64,000 bases of DNA, taken from NCBI GenBank assembly GCA_016196225.1, contig JACPXZ010000031.1, positions 359 through 64,358 on the forward strand, in the 5' to 3' direction. The translations under genes and the position numbers were made by a program. Below, piece after piece: positions 46,691-55,357 of this stretch (the stretch's first letter is position 1; each line of letters opens with the position of its first letter). A model generated the notes under the pieces. The model was given only the letters and a program-made list of their open reading frames with translations, was not told the origin of the DNA and ran no database searches. This DNA comes from Candidatus Peregrinibacteria bacterium (GTDB lineage: Bacteria > Patescibacteriota > Gracilibacteria > Peribacterales > Peribacteraceae).

Positions 46691-47700
46691 TGCATCATTT
46701 CAGTAATCAATGTTTTAATTAATTTCTGTACATCGTGTTCTTGTACGACCCTTTGGCGCAATGCCTCTCCTAATTTCCTCTGCTCACTATCCGACAGATC
46801 CAACACCCGCTGTACCTTCTCCAAAAAATTTTCATCCGTGGCACAACATTCTTTCGGCAGAACACCGTGAACAGCAGGATTGGTCGAAACAACAGGACAC
46901 CCGCATGCCATCGCCTCCAGCACCGCCTTATCCAGGGCTGTCGTACTTGCGTGGAGAAATACTCGTGCCACTTGGAGCAGAGAGCGCACTCCAACCTGCG
47001 TGCACGGACGGATCACGACTCGCGGGCGAAGATTCTCCCGTATAAGGAGATCCTCTAGCTCCTTCTCATATGCGACATCATCCCGAGTAATCGGCTCTCC
47101 ACATACCATCAATGCATACTCATCCGATATGCCGCGGAGAAGACGAAAAATACATTCCAATCTCTTACTGCGACTCACCCTCCCCGCCGTCAAAAGAATT
47201 TTTTGGATCCGCGGATTTGCAGTCGGCACAAAAACCGTCGTATCAATGCCGTGACCCGTAATCACGCTCTTGGAGGTTTCGATCGGCATTCCTGATACAG
47301 AAGCACTGAATACTTTCCGTACAAATAGCACCGCCACTCGTAGCGGCCATCGCGTTCCCCGCGCCTCGTACCAAAGGTACATTCTTTTACGTAACAGAAT
47401 CCATACCGGGGCCCCCAGCACAATCCATATCGGCGTCATGTGAACGAAAACTGCATCATATTCTCGACGTAATTTGAAAACTGAAAACTGAAAACTGAAC
47501 ACTTGTCCTATAAGACTTTTCCCCCGTTCTTTGCCAAGAGAGTACACATGAACGTTCGCAGGAAGTTCGTACTCGCCAACAAACTGTCCGATAACCGTTA
47601 CTTTTTCGAAGTTTTTTGAAAACTCTTCGACCCAGTGGTGAAAGAATCCCAGTATCGGATCTGCACGGTCCACTTTTTGCGTGATAATAAGAAGCTTCAT
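46687..47700 (-). CDS. GT4-like glycosyltransferase
   Basis: LLTAGRVSRSKR and LDKAVLEAMACGCPVVST. ATGA-type overlaps at both ends. Confidence 0.85.
   Translation of the reverse strand: MKLLIITQKVDRADPILGFFHHWVEEFSKNFEKVTVIGQFVGEYELPANVHVYSLGKERGKSLIGQVFSFQFSVFKLRREYDAVFVHMTPIWIVLGAPVWILLRKRMYLWYEARGTRWPLRVAVLFVRKVFSASVSGMPIETSKSVITGHGIDTTVFVPTANPRIQKILLTAGRVSRSKRLECIFRLLRGISDEYALMVCGEPITRDDVAYEKELEDLLIRENLRPRVVIRPCTQVGVRSLLQVARVFLHASTTALDKAVLEAMACGCPVVSTNPAVHGVLPKECCATDENFLEKVQRVLDLSDSEQRKLGEALRQRVVQEHDVQKLIKTLITEMMQ
47475..47502. repeat. heptanucleotide tandem repeat inside a GT4 gene
   Basis: TGAAAAC x3 followed by TGAACAC. Read on the minus strand as VFSFQFSVFK. Confidence 0.85.
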
Positions 47701-48719
47701 AGTTTTTTTAAAAAATCAGCGTACCTCTTCACTAACACTTCCCGATCAAATCTATCCAAAACTTTACATGCTTCTTGACCCAGACACCTCCGTAAACCCT
47801 CATCATCAAGGAGCATCTTTATCTTGCCTTTCAAATCAGACGCTTCTCCTGTAGTAAATATTCCATTCACTCCATCCTTGATCACATCGGGTGCAATACC
47901 AACCCGCGTGCTAATAACCGGCATCCCCAATGCCATTGCTTCCAAGAGAGCCCTTGGGCCACCTTCGCTCTTTGAGTTCATTACAAATATTTTCCCGGAC
48001 TGCATTGCTTTATACACCTCTTCTTTGGTCCCGATCCATACATCGGTCCCGATTGCGAGCAAGCTTGCATTGATATTGTTTGTTGCATTTCGCAATTCCT
48101 GTAAACCTTTATTTGGGACATCTCTCCCGCAGAACACAACGTCGTATTGTTTCTCTATTGATGGATCAGGTCCCAAGACCCCTCGATCAAGATAAAAAGA
48201 AGGGACCACTCCTATATTTTTTAATCCCCAATCATCCAACACCCTTTGTGTTTCTCTATTCACACACCGCACTGCTGTTGCGCTTTTCGTATCCCACTTT
48301 AGGAACACCCATGACATCCATCTCCCTATAAACTCCTGCCATGAAGCAGCGACGGGATATCCAACAATATGATGAATCTCCAAGACATACGGAATCTTTG
48401 TTTTTTTATGAAGCCACTTCGCCCCCAAGCCGTTATAAAACGGCGGATACTCATGGACCGTCATGACATCATGATGATATTCCGCAATAAGTTCCTTCCC
48501 CTTTTTAAGGATCCACCATGACTGATACCAGAGACCACGCGGAGAGGGATGAAAAAAAACTTTTCCAAATAAGTTTGTAGTTCCTAGTGAGTGATCAGTA
48601 ATCGGGGTAATGATGTCTATCCTCTCCCAATGTTTACAGAATTCCTCCAACGTGTAGTAGAACGCACTCTTCTTCCCCTGAAGAACCGACCTATCCCCGG
48701 AGATCATTAAGAGTTTCAT
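47697..48719 (-). CDS. GT4 family glycosyltransferase
   Basis: VVFCGRDVPNKG and SKSEGGPRALLEAMALGMPVIST. Confidence 0.85.
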   Translation of the reverse strand: MKLLMISGDRSVLQGKKSAFYYTLEEFCKHWERIDIITPITDHSLGTTNLFGKVFFHPSPRGLWYQSWWILKKGKELIAEYHHDVMTVHEYPPFYNGLGAKWLHKKTKIPYVLEIHHIVGYPVAASWQEFIGRWMSWVFLKWDTKSATAVRCVNRETQRVLDDWGLKNIGVVPSFYLDRGVLGPDPSIEKQYDVVFCGRDVPNKGLQELRNATNNINASLLAIGTDVWIGTKEEVYKAMQSGKIFVMNSKSEGGPRALLEAMALGMPVISTRVGIAPDVIKDGVNGIFTTGEASDLKGKIKMLLDDEGLRRCLGQEACKVLDRFDREVLVKRYADFLKKL

Positions 48720-49849
48720 AGAAGGTTTTTAAATAATGCCAAATGCTCCTCACACACTTCCCTCCATGTTCGCGTAGAAATATTTTTTATCGCGTCCTCT
48801 GCAAACTCCTCATACCCCTGTTCTACTTCGAAGAGTGCCTTCTGAATATCTTCTTTCGTTCGCAGTTTCCGCACAATCATCCCCTTTTTTAGATCCATAC
48901 TTAACCCCGTCTCTTCCGTCAGGAGTACCGGCAATCCGGCAGCTTGAGCCTCAAGCGCAGTATTGGGACTGATCTCCGTTGTCGATGGAATAATCAATAC
49001 ATCATGTTCTTTGAGTAATTTGTCCTTTTCTGCTCCATACACGGATCCCAATACTCTCACCCGGTCACTCGTCCCATCACGAATAACTTTTGACAGAACA
49101 TTCTTTTTTAATGGACCCTCTCCAACCAATGTCAGCATCATATGTGGCATTTGCAGGATCGCATCAAGAAGAGTGAACAGATTTTTAAAACCTACAAATC
49201 GTCCCATGAAGAGTAAACGGAATAGGCCCGGCTTCCTCGAAAATCGGAGCCTGTCCTGAGCGAAGCCGAAGGACCGTGGCAATCCCGTTGGGATTGCATT
49301 CTCAATAACACCGTGCTGTGGTAATGATTGATAAAACTCTTCATATATCTCTTCCTGAAATCTTGTCGAGAAGACAATCAAATCAAACCGATTGAGGAGC
49401 CAGTGTATAAAGCGGTGACTGATCCAGAGCGTCCAATGCAACGATTCATACCACTCATTCAAACTCATCATCCCTCCTCCTGCCGTATACCGCTCCCAAA
49501 AAAAGTCTCCGCCAAGACGCAGTACCTTTTTTGGTTTTTTTACGTGAGCAAGAACCATCGGCACCCCTGTACTTACCGACGAAAATGCATACACCACATC
49601 CGCATCCTTCGCGTGCTTCCGTAATGCCAATGCATACAAAAACCATCGGAGAATGGGAATACTCTTACTCACCCTCACAACATGCCATGCACATTCTTCA
49701 TTCTTCATTCGCTGTTCTACGTTCCGTCCGTACGTCACCACTATCACCTCTATGTTTTTCTTTACAAATTCCCATGCAAGATTCTGCACATACGTCGCCG
49801 GTCCCCCGATATCCGGCGGATAGATGCCTGTTGCAAGGACAATTTTCAT
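48716..49849 (-). CDS. GT4 family glycosyltransferase
   Basis: MKIVLATGIYPPDIGGPATY, LLFMGRFVGFKN, EISPNTALEAQAAGLPVL. Confidence 0.85.
   Translation of the reverse strand: MKIVLATGIYPPDIGGPATYVQNLAWEFVKKNIEVIVVTYGRNVEQRMKNEECAWHVVRVSKSIPILRWFLYALALRKHAKDADVVYAFSSVSTGVPMVLAHVKKPKKVLRLGGDFFWERYTAGGGMMSLNEWYESLHWTLWISHRFIHWLLNRFDLIVFSTRFQEEIYEEFYQSLPQHGVIENAIPTGLPRSFGFAQDRLRFSRKPGLFRLLFMGRFVGFKNLFTLLDAILQMPHMMLTLVGEGPLKKNVLSKVIRDGTSDRVRVLGSVYGAEKDKLLKEHDVLIIPSTTEISPNTALEAQAAGLPVLLTEETGLSMDLKKGMIVRKLRTKEDIQKALFEVEQGYEEFAEDAIKNISTRTWREVCEEHLALFKNLL
49247..49280. repeat. hairpin repeat in frame within the GT4 gene
   Basis: ggagcctGTCCTgagcgaagccgaAGGACcgtgg is read on the minus strand as SFGFAQDRLRFS. 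Confidence 0.65.
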
Positions 49850-49893
49850 TGTGAAAGACAGTATACCGTATGTATTGACTAATATAAGATTTT

Positions 49894-50406
49894 ATGATTT
49901 TATATCACAGTATGGAATACCCCACGAAAATTCAATCCCCTGCCTCCATTGCCCGCACAACTCCCATCGATTTGAATAAACGCCTGGAAGCTGCCCTTCT
50001 TCTTGCTCTTTCTCCTACCCCTCAAAACACAACAAGTATCCGTGATTTCCACGAGACCATACGACTTCGATACCGTGCAGATATTTTCGCGACTCTCATA
50101 CGCCAATTGATGCAAAGCTATGGTATTCCCAATGGGATCGCGACGATTGACCAAATGGAACTCCTTCTCAGTCAACTGGCTATATCACATCGTAATATTG
50201 CAATCATGCTCGATGATTCTGATTGGAGAAAAGTTGTCAAAGAAACAAAGCATGACCTCGTTGCCACCGCGATCGAAACTATGCAAGAGTCTGTCCATTC
50301 ACGGGACGGAAAACTATTCTCTGAAACGACGGTCGGCATGATTTTTTCAAGCATCCTTCAGGATTTGAGTCACCCCGAGGACACCGAAGAAGAGGATTTC
50401 CTCTAA
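49894..50406 (+). CDS. hypothetical protein
   Basis: 170-aa ORF (alternative ATG 49912). It is helical-looking with an acidic C-terminus. I recognise no family. Confidence 0.45.
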   Translation: MILYHSMEYPTKIQSPASIARTTPIDLNKRLEAALLLALSPTPQNTTSIRDFHETIRLRYRADIFATLIRQLMQSYGIPNGIATIDQMELLLSQLAISHRNIAIMLDDSDWRKVVKETKHDLVATAIETMQESVHSRDGKLFSETTVGMIFSSILQDLSHPEDTEEEDFL

Positions 50407-50415
50407 ACTGATCAT

Positions 50416-51258
50416 ATGCTCTTAGGTCAACGCATCATCGTCGTCATGCCTGCCTACAACGCGGCGCAGACACTCGCACAAACGTACCGCGACATTCCTC
50501 ATGACATTGTTGATGAAGTGATCCTCGTCGATGACTGTAGTCGTGATACCACGGTACAAAAAGCACACGAACTTGGCATCCAGACATACATTCACACCAA
50601 AAATCGTGGCTATGGTGCTAATCAGAAAACCTGTTATACCCACGCCCTTGCTCATGGCGCGGATGTTATCGTGATGTTGCATCCCGATTATCAATACGAC
50701 CCTCGTCTCATCCGTGCCATGTGTTCCATGATCATTGAAGGTCCCTACGACACCGTCCTCGGCTCACGCATTCTTGGTGGTCAAGCGATGAAAGGGGGGA
50801 TGCCATTCTATAAATACATCAGCAATCGGTTCCTCACTGCATTCCAAAATCTCTGCACGGGGGCCAAACTCTCCGAATACCATACCGGATACCGCGCATT
50901 TCGTTCCAACGTTCTAAAAAAGATCCCGTTTGAGACCTATCCCGATGATTTTATTTTCGATAACTTTGTACTCTGCGATATTCTTGCATGGGGATTTTTG
51001 ATTGGCGAAGTATCCTGTCCAACCAAATATTTTCCAGAGGCATCGTCAATTAATTTTCAACGAAGTCTCAACTACGGTCTTCATGTATTCAAAAATTCCA
51101 TCAAATATTTGTTCTGCAGTAGATTCGGATCGTCGGCCCGAGATTCCGCAGTTCCCAAAGTCGCAAAAGTAACCAATCCCAATCCGAATCCGACCAAAGC
51201 AGTCCATCCTGACTCGAAGGAGTCTCGCCAAATTTCCCACACTGTTCAAATCCGGTGA
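50416..51258 (+). CDS. GT2 glycosyltransferase (dolichyl/polyprenyl-phosphate glycosyltransferase-like)
   Basis: IIVVMPAYNAAQTL, ILVDDCSRDTT, HPDYQYDP. The low-complexity C-terminal tail overlaps the convergent gene. Confidence 0.85.
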   Translation: MLLGQRIIVVMPAYNAAQTLAQTYRDIPHDIVDEVILVDDCSRDTTVQKAHELGIQTYIHTKNRGYGANQKTCYTHALAHGADVIVMLHPDYQYDPRLIRAMCSMIIEGPYDTVLGSRILGGQAMKGGMPFYKYISNRFLTAFQNLCTGAKLSEYHTGYRAFRSNVLKKIPFETYPDDFIFDNFVLCDILAWGFLIGEVSCPTKYFPEASSINFQRSLNYGLHVFKNSIKYLFCSRFGSSARDSAVPKVAKVTNPNPNPTKAVHPDSKESRQISHTVQIR

Positions 51259-52555
51259 AGTTTTTTGGCTCAAACCCCGCCCGCGTCACCACAATATCCG
51301 CTTCGTCATACAACTTGAGTGGGAGCGCAGGATCAATATCCAAAAAATAATACGGGAGATGAGTCGCGACACGCGCACCGGGATGCTGTATCAAAAAATC
51401 ATGCGTACGTTCGTACGTATCCGGCCGGATCCCCAAAAAAGCGAATTTGATGTGCATCAAGACAACAACACCAATGAACATATATCGAACAACGCGCGGA
51501 GCCGCCACCAGAGCCGGCGCACCGATCACGGCAATGAGGGGTACGATTGGAAAAAAGAACCGCATCACGGATCCCGTCTGCATCCCAAAAAATAAAATAT
51601 AAACGGCAAGATATGTAAGGATAGGGAAAATAAAATACGGGTATTTTTTCCTTGTCCACAAGAGATATAAACCACCAATGGCAAAAATTGTGAGAAAAAG
51701 TTCACTCCCGATAAGCAGCATCGCGATAGCCTTCATACTTTCTCCCGTGAATCCGGTCCCATCAAAATAGGTGTTGCCGAGGGCGCCAAGTTTGAGACCG
51801 TCGAAAGCCGTTTGTATCAAAAAGGGATATCCGATCACTATCGAACATATCCCTGCCGCGCCGCCAAAAAAGAGTATCCGTTTTGGTCGATAACCGCTTG
51901 CCAAGACAGGGAATACAAAGGCAAGTAATCCATTTTGTAACGTCGCAAACGCGAACATCGCAGAACCAAATGCCCAAAGTTCATGTTTCAACGACTTTTC
52001 TCGGACCAGCTTCATGGACCAGTACAAAGTAAGGAGTGTGACAAACGTCACCGGCATGTGCGGCCGGATTGCCGTTGAGAACACCGGGAATATCACACTT
52101 GACCCGAGGAGAATCAGGGTGGCATATCCAAACCGTTTTTCTTCATGGAGCATGGTCGCAATGCGATAGACCAATACGATCGATCCAACCATTGCTGTAA
52201 AAATAAATAATCGGCTTACGAGGTACAACGCTTCACGTTCCGCAAAAAAATACGATCCCAATTCGCCCACTGATCCGACTGCCCCCGCGATCAGCAAAAA
52301 TCCGCTCAATCCGAGATAGAGAACCCCCAAAATCAGTGATAACAGCAGTGGATACTTTCGCGGTGTCATCAAATATTCCCAAAAATCCCCCTCATTGACC
52401 GACTGAAGCATCTGCATGGTATAGGTCACCAGCTGCATATCCGTATGGGGATTTGTCGCAAGGTTATGGAATAACCACGTGAGACATCCTAAAATCCAAA
52501 CAAACCCGACTATAACCACACTCCAGCGCCAAAAATCCCGGTCAATTCCATTCAT
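51101..52555 (-). CDS. polytopic membrane protein (GT-C-like, inferred)
   Basis: 484-aa ORF with about 12 hydrophobic spans and a soluble C-terminal ~90 aa. It is convergent with a polyprenol-phosphate-type GT2. Confidence 0.6.
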   Translation of the reverse strand: MNGIDRDFWRWSVVIVGFVWILGCLTWLFHNLATNPHTDMQLVTYTMQMLQSVNEGDFWEYLMTPRKYPLLLSLILGVLYLGLSGFLLIAGAVGSVGELGSYFFAEREALYLVSRLFIFTAMVGSIVLVYRIATMLHEEKRFGYATLILLGSSVIFPVFSTAIRPHMPVTFVTLLTLYWSMKLVREKSLKHELWAFGSAMFAFATLQNGLLAFVFPVLASGYRPKRILFFGGAAGICSIVIGYPFLIQTAFDGLKLGALGNTYFDGTGFTGESMKAIAMLLIGSELFLTIFAIGGLYLLWTRKKYPYFIFPILTYLAVYILFFGMQTGSVMRFFFPIVPLIAVIGAPALVAAPRVVRYMFIGVVVLMHIKFAFLGIRPDTYERTHDFLIQHPGARVATHLPYYFLDIDPALPLKLYDEADIVVTRAGFEPKNFTGFEQCGKFGETPSSQDGLLWSDSDWDWLLLRLWELRNLGPTIRIYCRTNI

Positions 52556-52591
52556 AAATCCTCATCATTCTACGCTATAATTCCTGCATCC

Positions 52592-53608
52592 ATGGCAACG
52601 CTTCTCATTACCGGCGGCGCGGGATTTATCGGGAGCAACTTCATCCGGTACTGGTTCAAGGAACATCCCCGTGACCGTATTATCAACTTTGATCTCCTGA
52701 CCTATGCCGGGAACCGCGACAATCTCCGGGACGTCGAATATGATCACGATAACCAATATCATTTTATTCAGGGGGATATCACCGATCTAAAGACCGTGAG
52801 TGCAACATTTCAAAAAGAAAAACCTGATATTATCGTGAATTTCGCGGCCGAGTCCCATAACTCCCGCGGAGTCGTGGATCCGGGACTCTTTTTCCGCACG
52901 AATGTCCTCGGGACCCAAATCCTCCTGGAAGCGGCGTATAAATGCGGTGTTCCTCGGTTTCATCACATCTCCACTTGCGAAGTCTATGGAGATCTGTCTC
53001 TCGATTCGACAGAATCCTTTACCGAAAAAAGTCCCTACCTTCCCCGCACTCCCTATAACGCATCGAAGGCCGGCGCCGATATGGCCGTCCGTGCGTACTA
53101 TCACACCTTCGGCCTCCCCGTAACCATCAGCAACTGCTCTAATAACTACGGACCGTACCAGTTCCCGGAAAAAATAATTCCTCACTTCACGATCTGTGCC
53201 CTCCAGGAAAAATCTCTCCCCCTCTACAAGAGCAGCGGCCACAAACGAGAGTGGCTGCATACATCCGATCACTGCCGCGCCATTGATCTGATTCTCCAAA
53301 AAGGAAAAATCGGTGAAACTTATAATATCGGGAGCGGCATCGAAGCCGACATCGAAACAATCGCAAATACCGTCATCGAGACGATCGGATGCAATCCCGC
53401 TCTCAAAACATATGTCTCCGATCGTCCCGGTCATGACCGTCGATATCTCCTTGATTGCACAAAAATACGGGAAAAGCTTGGTTGGGAGCCCCAAATACCA
53501 TTCCAAAAGGGCCTTAAGGAAACCATTCTATGGTACAAGGAGCACGAATCCTGGTGGAAACCGCTGTTAATGAAACTTGACATTAATGAGAGAACATGGA
53601 CAAAATAG
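52592..53608 (+). CDS. rfbB: dTDP-glucose 4,6-dehydratase
   Basis: LLITGGAGFIGSNF, the catalytic YNASKAG, and a length of 338 aa. Confidence 0.93.
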   Translation: MATLLITGGAGFIGSNFIRYWFKEHPRDRIINFDLLTYAGNRDNLRDVEYDHDNQYHFIQGDITDLKTVSATFQKEKPDIIVNFAAESHNSRGVVDPGLFFRTNVLGTQILLEAAYKCGVPRFHHISTCEVYGDLSLDSTESFTEKSPYLPRTPYNASKAGADMAVRAYYHTFGLPVTISNCSNNYGPYQFPEKIIPHFTICALQEKSLPLYKSSGHKREWLHTSDHCRAIDLILQKGKIGETYNIGSGIEADIETIANTVIETIGCNPALKTYVSDRPGHDRRYLLDCTKIREKLGWEPQIPFQKGLKETILWYKEHESWWKPLLMKLDINERTWTK

Positions 53609-53616
53609 CCCATTCT

Positions 53617-54414
53617 ATGAAAGGCGTCCTCATCTGCGGCGGGTCCGGAACCCGGCTAAAGCCCCTGACCGATATCACGAACAAAAGCCTCCTCCCGGTC
53701 TACGATAAGCCCCTCCTCCTTTATCCTCTCCAAACCCTTCTCGATGCGGGCATCCGCAAGATCATGGTGGTGTCAGGTCCCGAGCACGTTGATCAGATGG
53801 CAGGATTCCTCGGGAGCGGTACGCGGTTTGGGTGTGCATTTTCTTACCGCGTACAAGATGATCCTAAAGGTATCGCCCAAGCGCTCGGTATGGCCGAAGA
53901 GTTTGCGGATGGTGACAATGTCTGTGCACTCCTCGGAGATAATATTTACCTTGATCCGATGAGGCAGGCCATCGCTTCTTTTGAGAGCGGCGGTCATGTC
54001 TTCCTAAAAGAAGTATCGGATCCCGAACGCTTCGGCGTGGCGCAAGTACAGGGAACACGCATTACTTCTATCGCAGAAAAGCCTGCTCATCCCACAAGCA
54101 ATCTTGCGATCACCGGTTGCTACATATACGACCATCGTTGTTTTGAGGTTATTCGCCATATGCAACCTTCACCCCGTGGAGAACTCGAGATTACCGATGT
54201 CAGTCGCTGGTATATGGAACAGAAAGAACTCTCCTACACCATCCTCAAGGATGAGTGGATCGATGCGGGGACATTCGAGAGTCTCCACCAAGCTGCTGTC
54301 ATTATTCGTTCTCGTAAACTTGCGCATACCGTTCAGCAATTTCTCCCCAATCAAACCGTTCCGCAAAAAGCCTCCCCGCCTGTGCAAGTTGCTCCCGCTC
54401 TTCATGGTCGGTAA
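53617..54414 (+). CDS. rfbA: glucose-1-phosphate thymidylyltransferase-like sugar nucleotidyltransferase (short form)
   Basis: MKGVLICGGSGTRLKPLT, LGDNIY, and EITDV near the C-terminus. ATG 53617 is preferred to 53596. The C-terminal tail overlaps the convergent GT4. Confidence 0.85.
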   Translation: MKGVLICGGSGTRLKPLTDITNKSLLPVYDKPLLLYPLQTLLDAGIRKIMVVSGPEHVDQMAGFLGSGTRFGCAFSYRVQDDPKGIAQALGMAEEFADGDNVCALLGDNIYLDPMRQAIASFESGGHVFLKEVSDPERFGVAQVQGTRITSIAEKPAHPTSNLAITGCYIYDHRCFEVIRHMQPSPRGELEITDVSRWYMEQKELSYTILKDEWIDAGTFESLHQAAVIIRSRKLAHTVQQFLPNQTVPQKASPPVQVAPALHGR

Positions 54415-55357
54415 GAAGTATCTCTATCGCTGCTGAAGCCACATCGGGGTCGTCCGGCGGGACGAGAATTCCCGTCTTTTCATCCTGCACAATATCGGGG
54501 ATCCCCCCGACCCGCGTCGCAACAACCCCGCACTCCGCAGCCATCGCTTCCAAAAATACATTCCCCAACGCCTCACTTCGGGAGAGTCCGCAGAAGATTT
54601 GAGCCGCAGCAAATTCCTTATAGACATCGGGTACTGAGACCCACCCGACAAATCGCACGCGGCCCTCTTTAATAAATCGCTCTGCGCGTGCTTCGAGCGG
54701 TGCACGAAGCGAGCCATCCCCTACAATCCGTAAATGCGCCCGTGGATGCCGCTGTATGACGATCTCAAATGCATTCAGCAAAGTATCGACCCCCTTCATC
54801 TCTTCGAGTCGGCCGACAAAAAGAATACGACCTTCCACCTTTTGCGTCTGCAAGACGGTTGACCGAATGGTTTTGAGAGAGATTCCATTCGGGATCAGAT
54901 GCACATCCTCTCGTCCATATTCTTTTGCAATATTAACCAATGCAGAACTGATCGCGGTCACGGTATCGGGCGACCGAACGATCATCTGTTTCAAAAAACT
55001 TCGATTGGTTGTCTGCAACGTCAGGATTCTCTGAGAGCCCGAACTGGTCCATTTACAAAAATAAAGTGCAAGTCCAGCAAATGTTTCGAGAACGGCGTGC
55101 ACGATATCCGGCTTGAGTTTCCACACCACGAATGGTGCAAGGAACGGATAGAGCCATTTATCGAATGAAAACCCTAAACCAATACGAATAACGCAAACTT
55201 TCCCCCCTCCCTGCCCTCCCCCCCCTCTCCTCATCCTTGCCGTCACAATCGTAATGTCATAGCGACCCTCCAGCCGTATCGCCACTTCCTCCGCACATGC
55301 CTCCGCCCCACTCCGAAATGGGGAAAGGAATGCCGAGAGAATCACTACTTTTTTCAT
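54302..55357 (-). CDS. GT4 family glycosyltransferase
   Basis: FVGRLEEMKG and SRSEALGNVFLEAMAAECGVVAT. Confidence 0.85.
   Translation of the reverse strand: MKKVVILSAFLSPFRSGAEACAEEVAIRLEGRYDITIVTARMRRGGGGQGGGKVCVIRIGLGFSFDKWLYPFLAPFVVWKLKPDIVHAVLETFAGLALYFCKWTSSGSQRILTLQTTNRSFLKQMIVRSPDTVTAISSALVNIAKEYGREDVHLIPNGISLKTIRSTVLQTQKVEGRILFVGRLEEMKGVDTLLNAFEIVIQRHPRAHLRIVGDGSLRAPLEARAERFIKEGRVRFVGWVSVPDVYKEFAAAQIFCGLSRSEALGNVFLEAMAAECGVVATRVGGIPDIVQDEKTGILVPPDDPDVASAAIEILLTDHEEREQLAQAGRLFAERFDWGEIAERYAQVYENE
55200..55233. repeat. C/G-rich repeat in frame within the GT4 gene (contains a G8 run on the coding strand)
   Basis: ttcccccctccctgccctcccccccctctcc is read on the minus strand as RRGGGGQGGGK. 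The C8 run is at 55218-55225. Confidence 0.7.
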
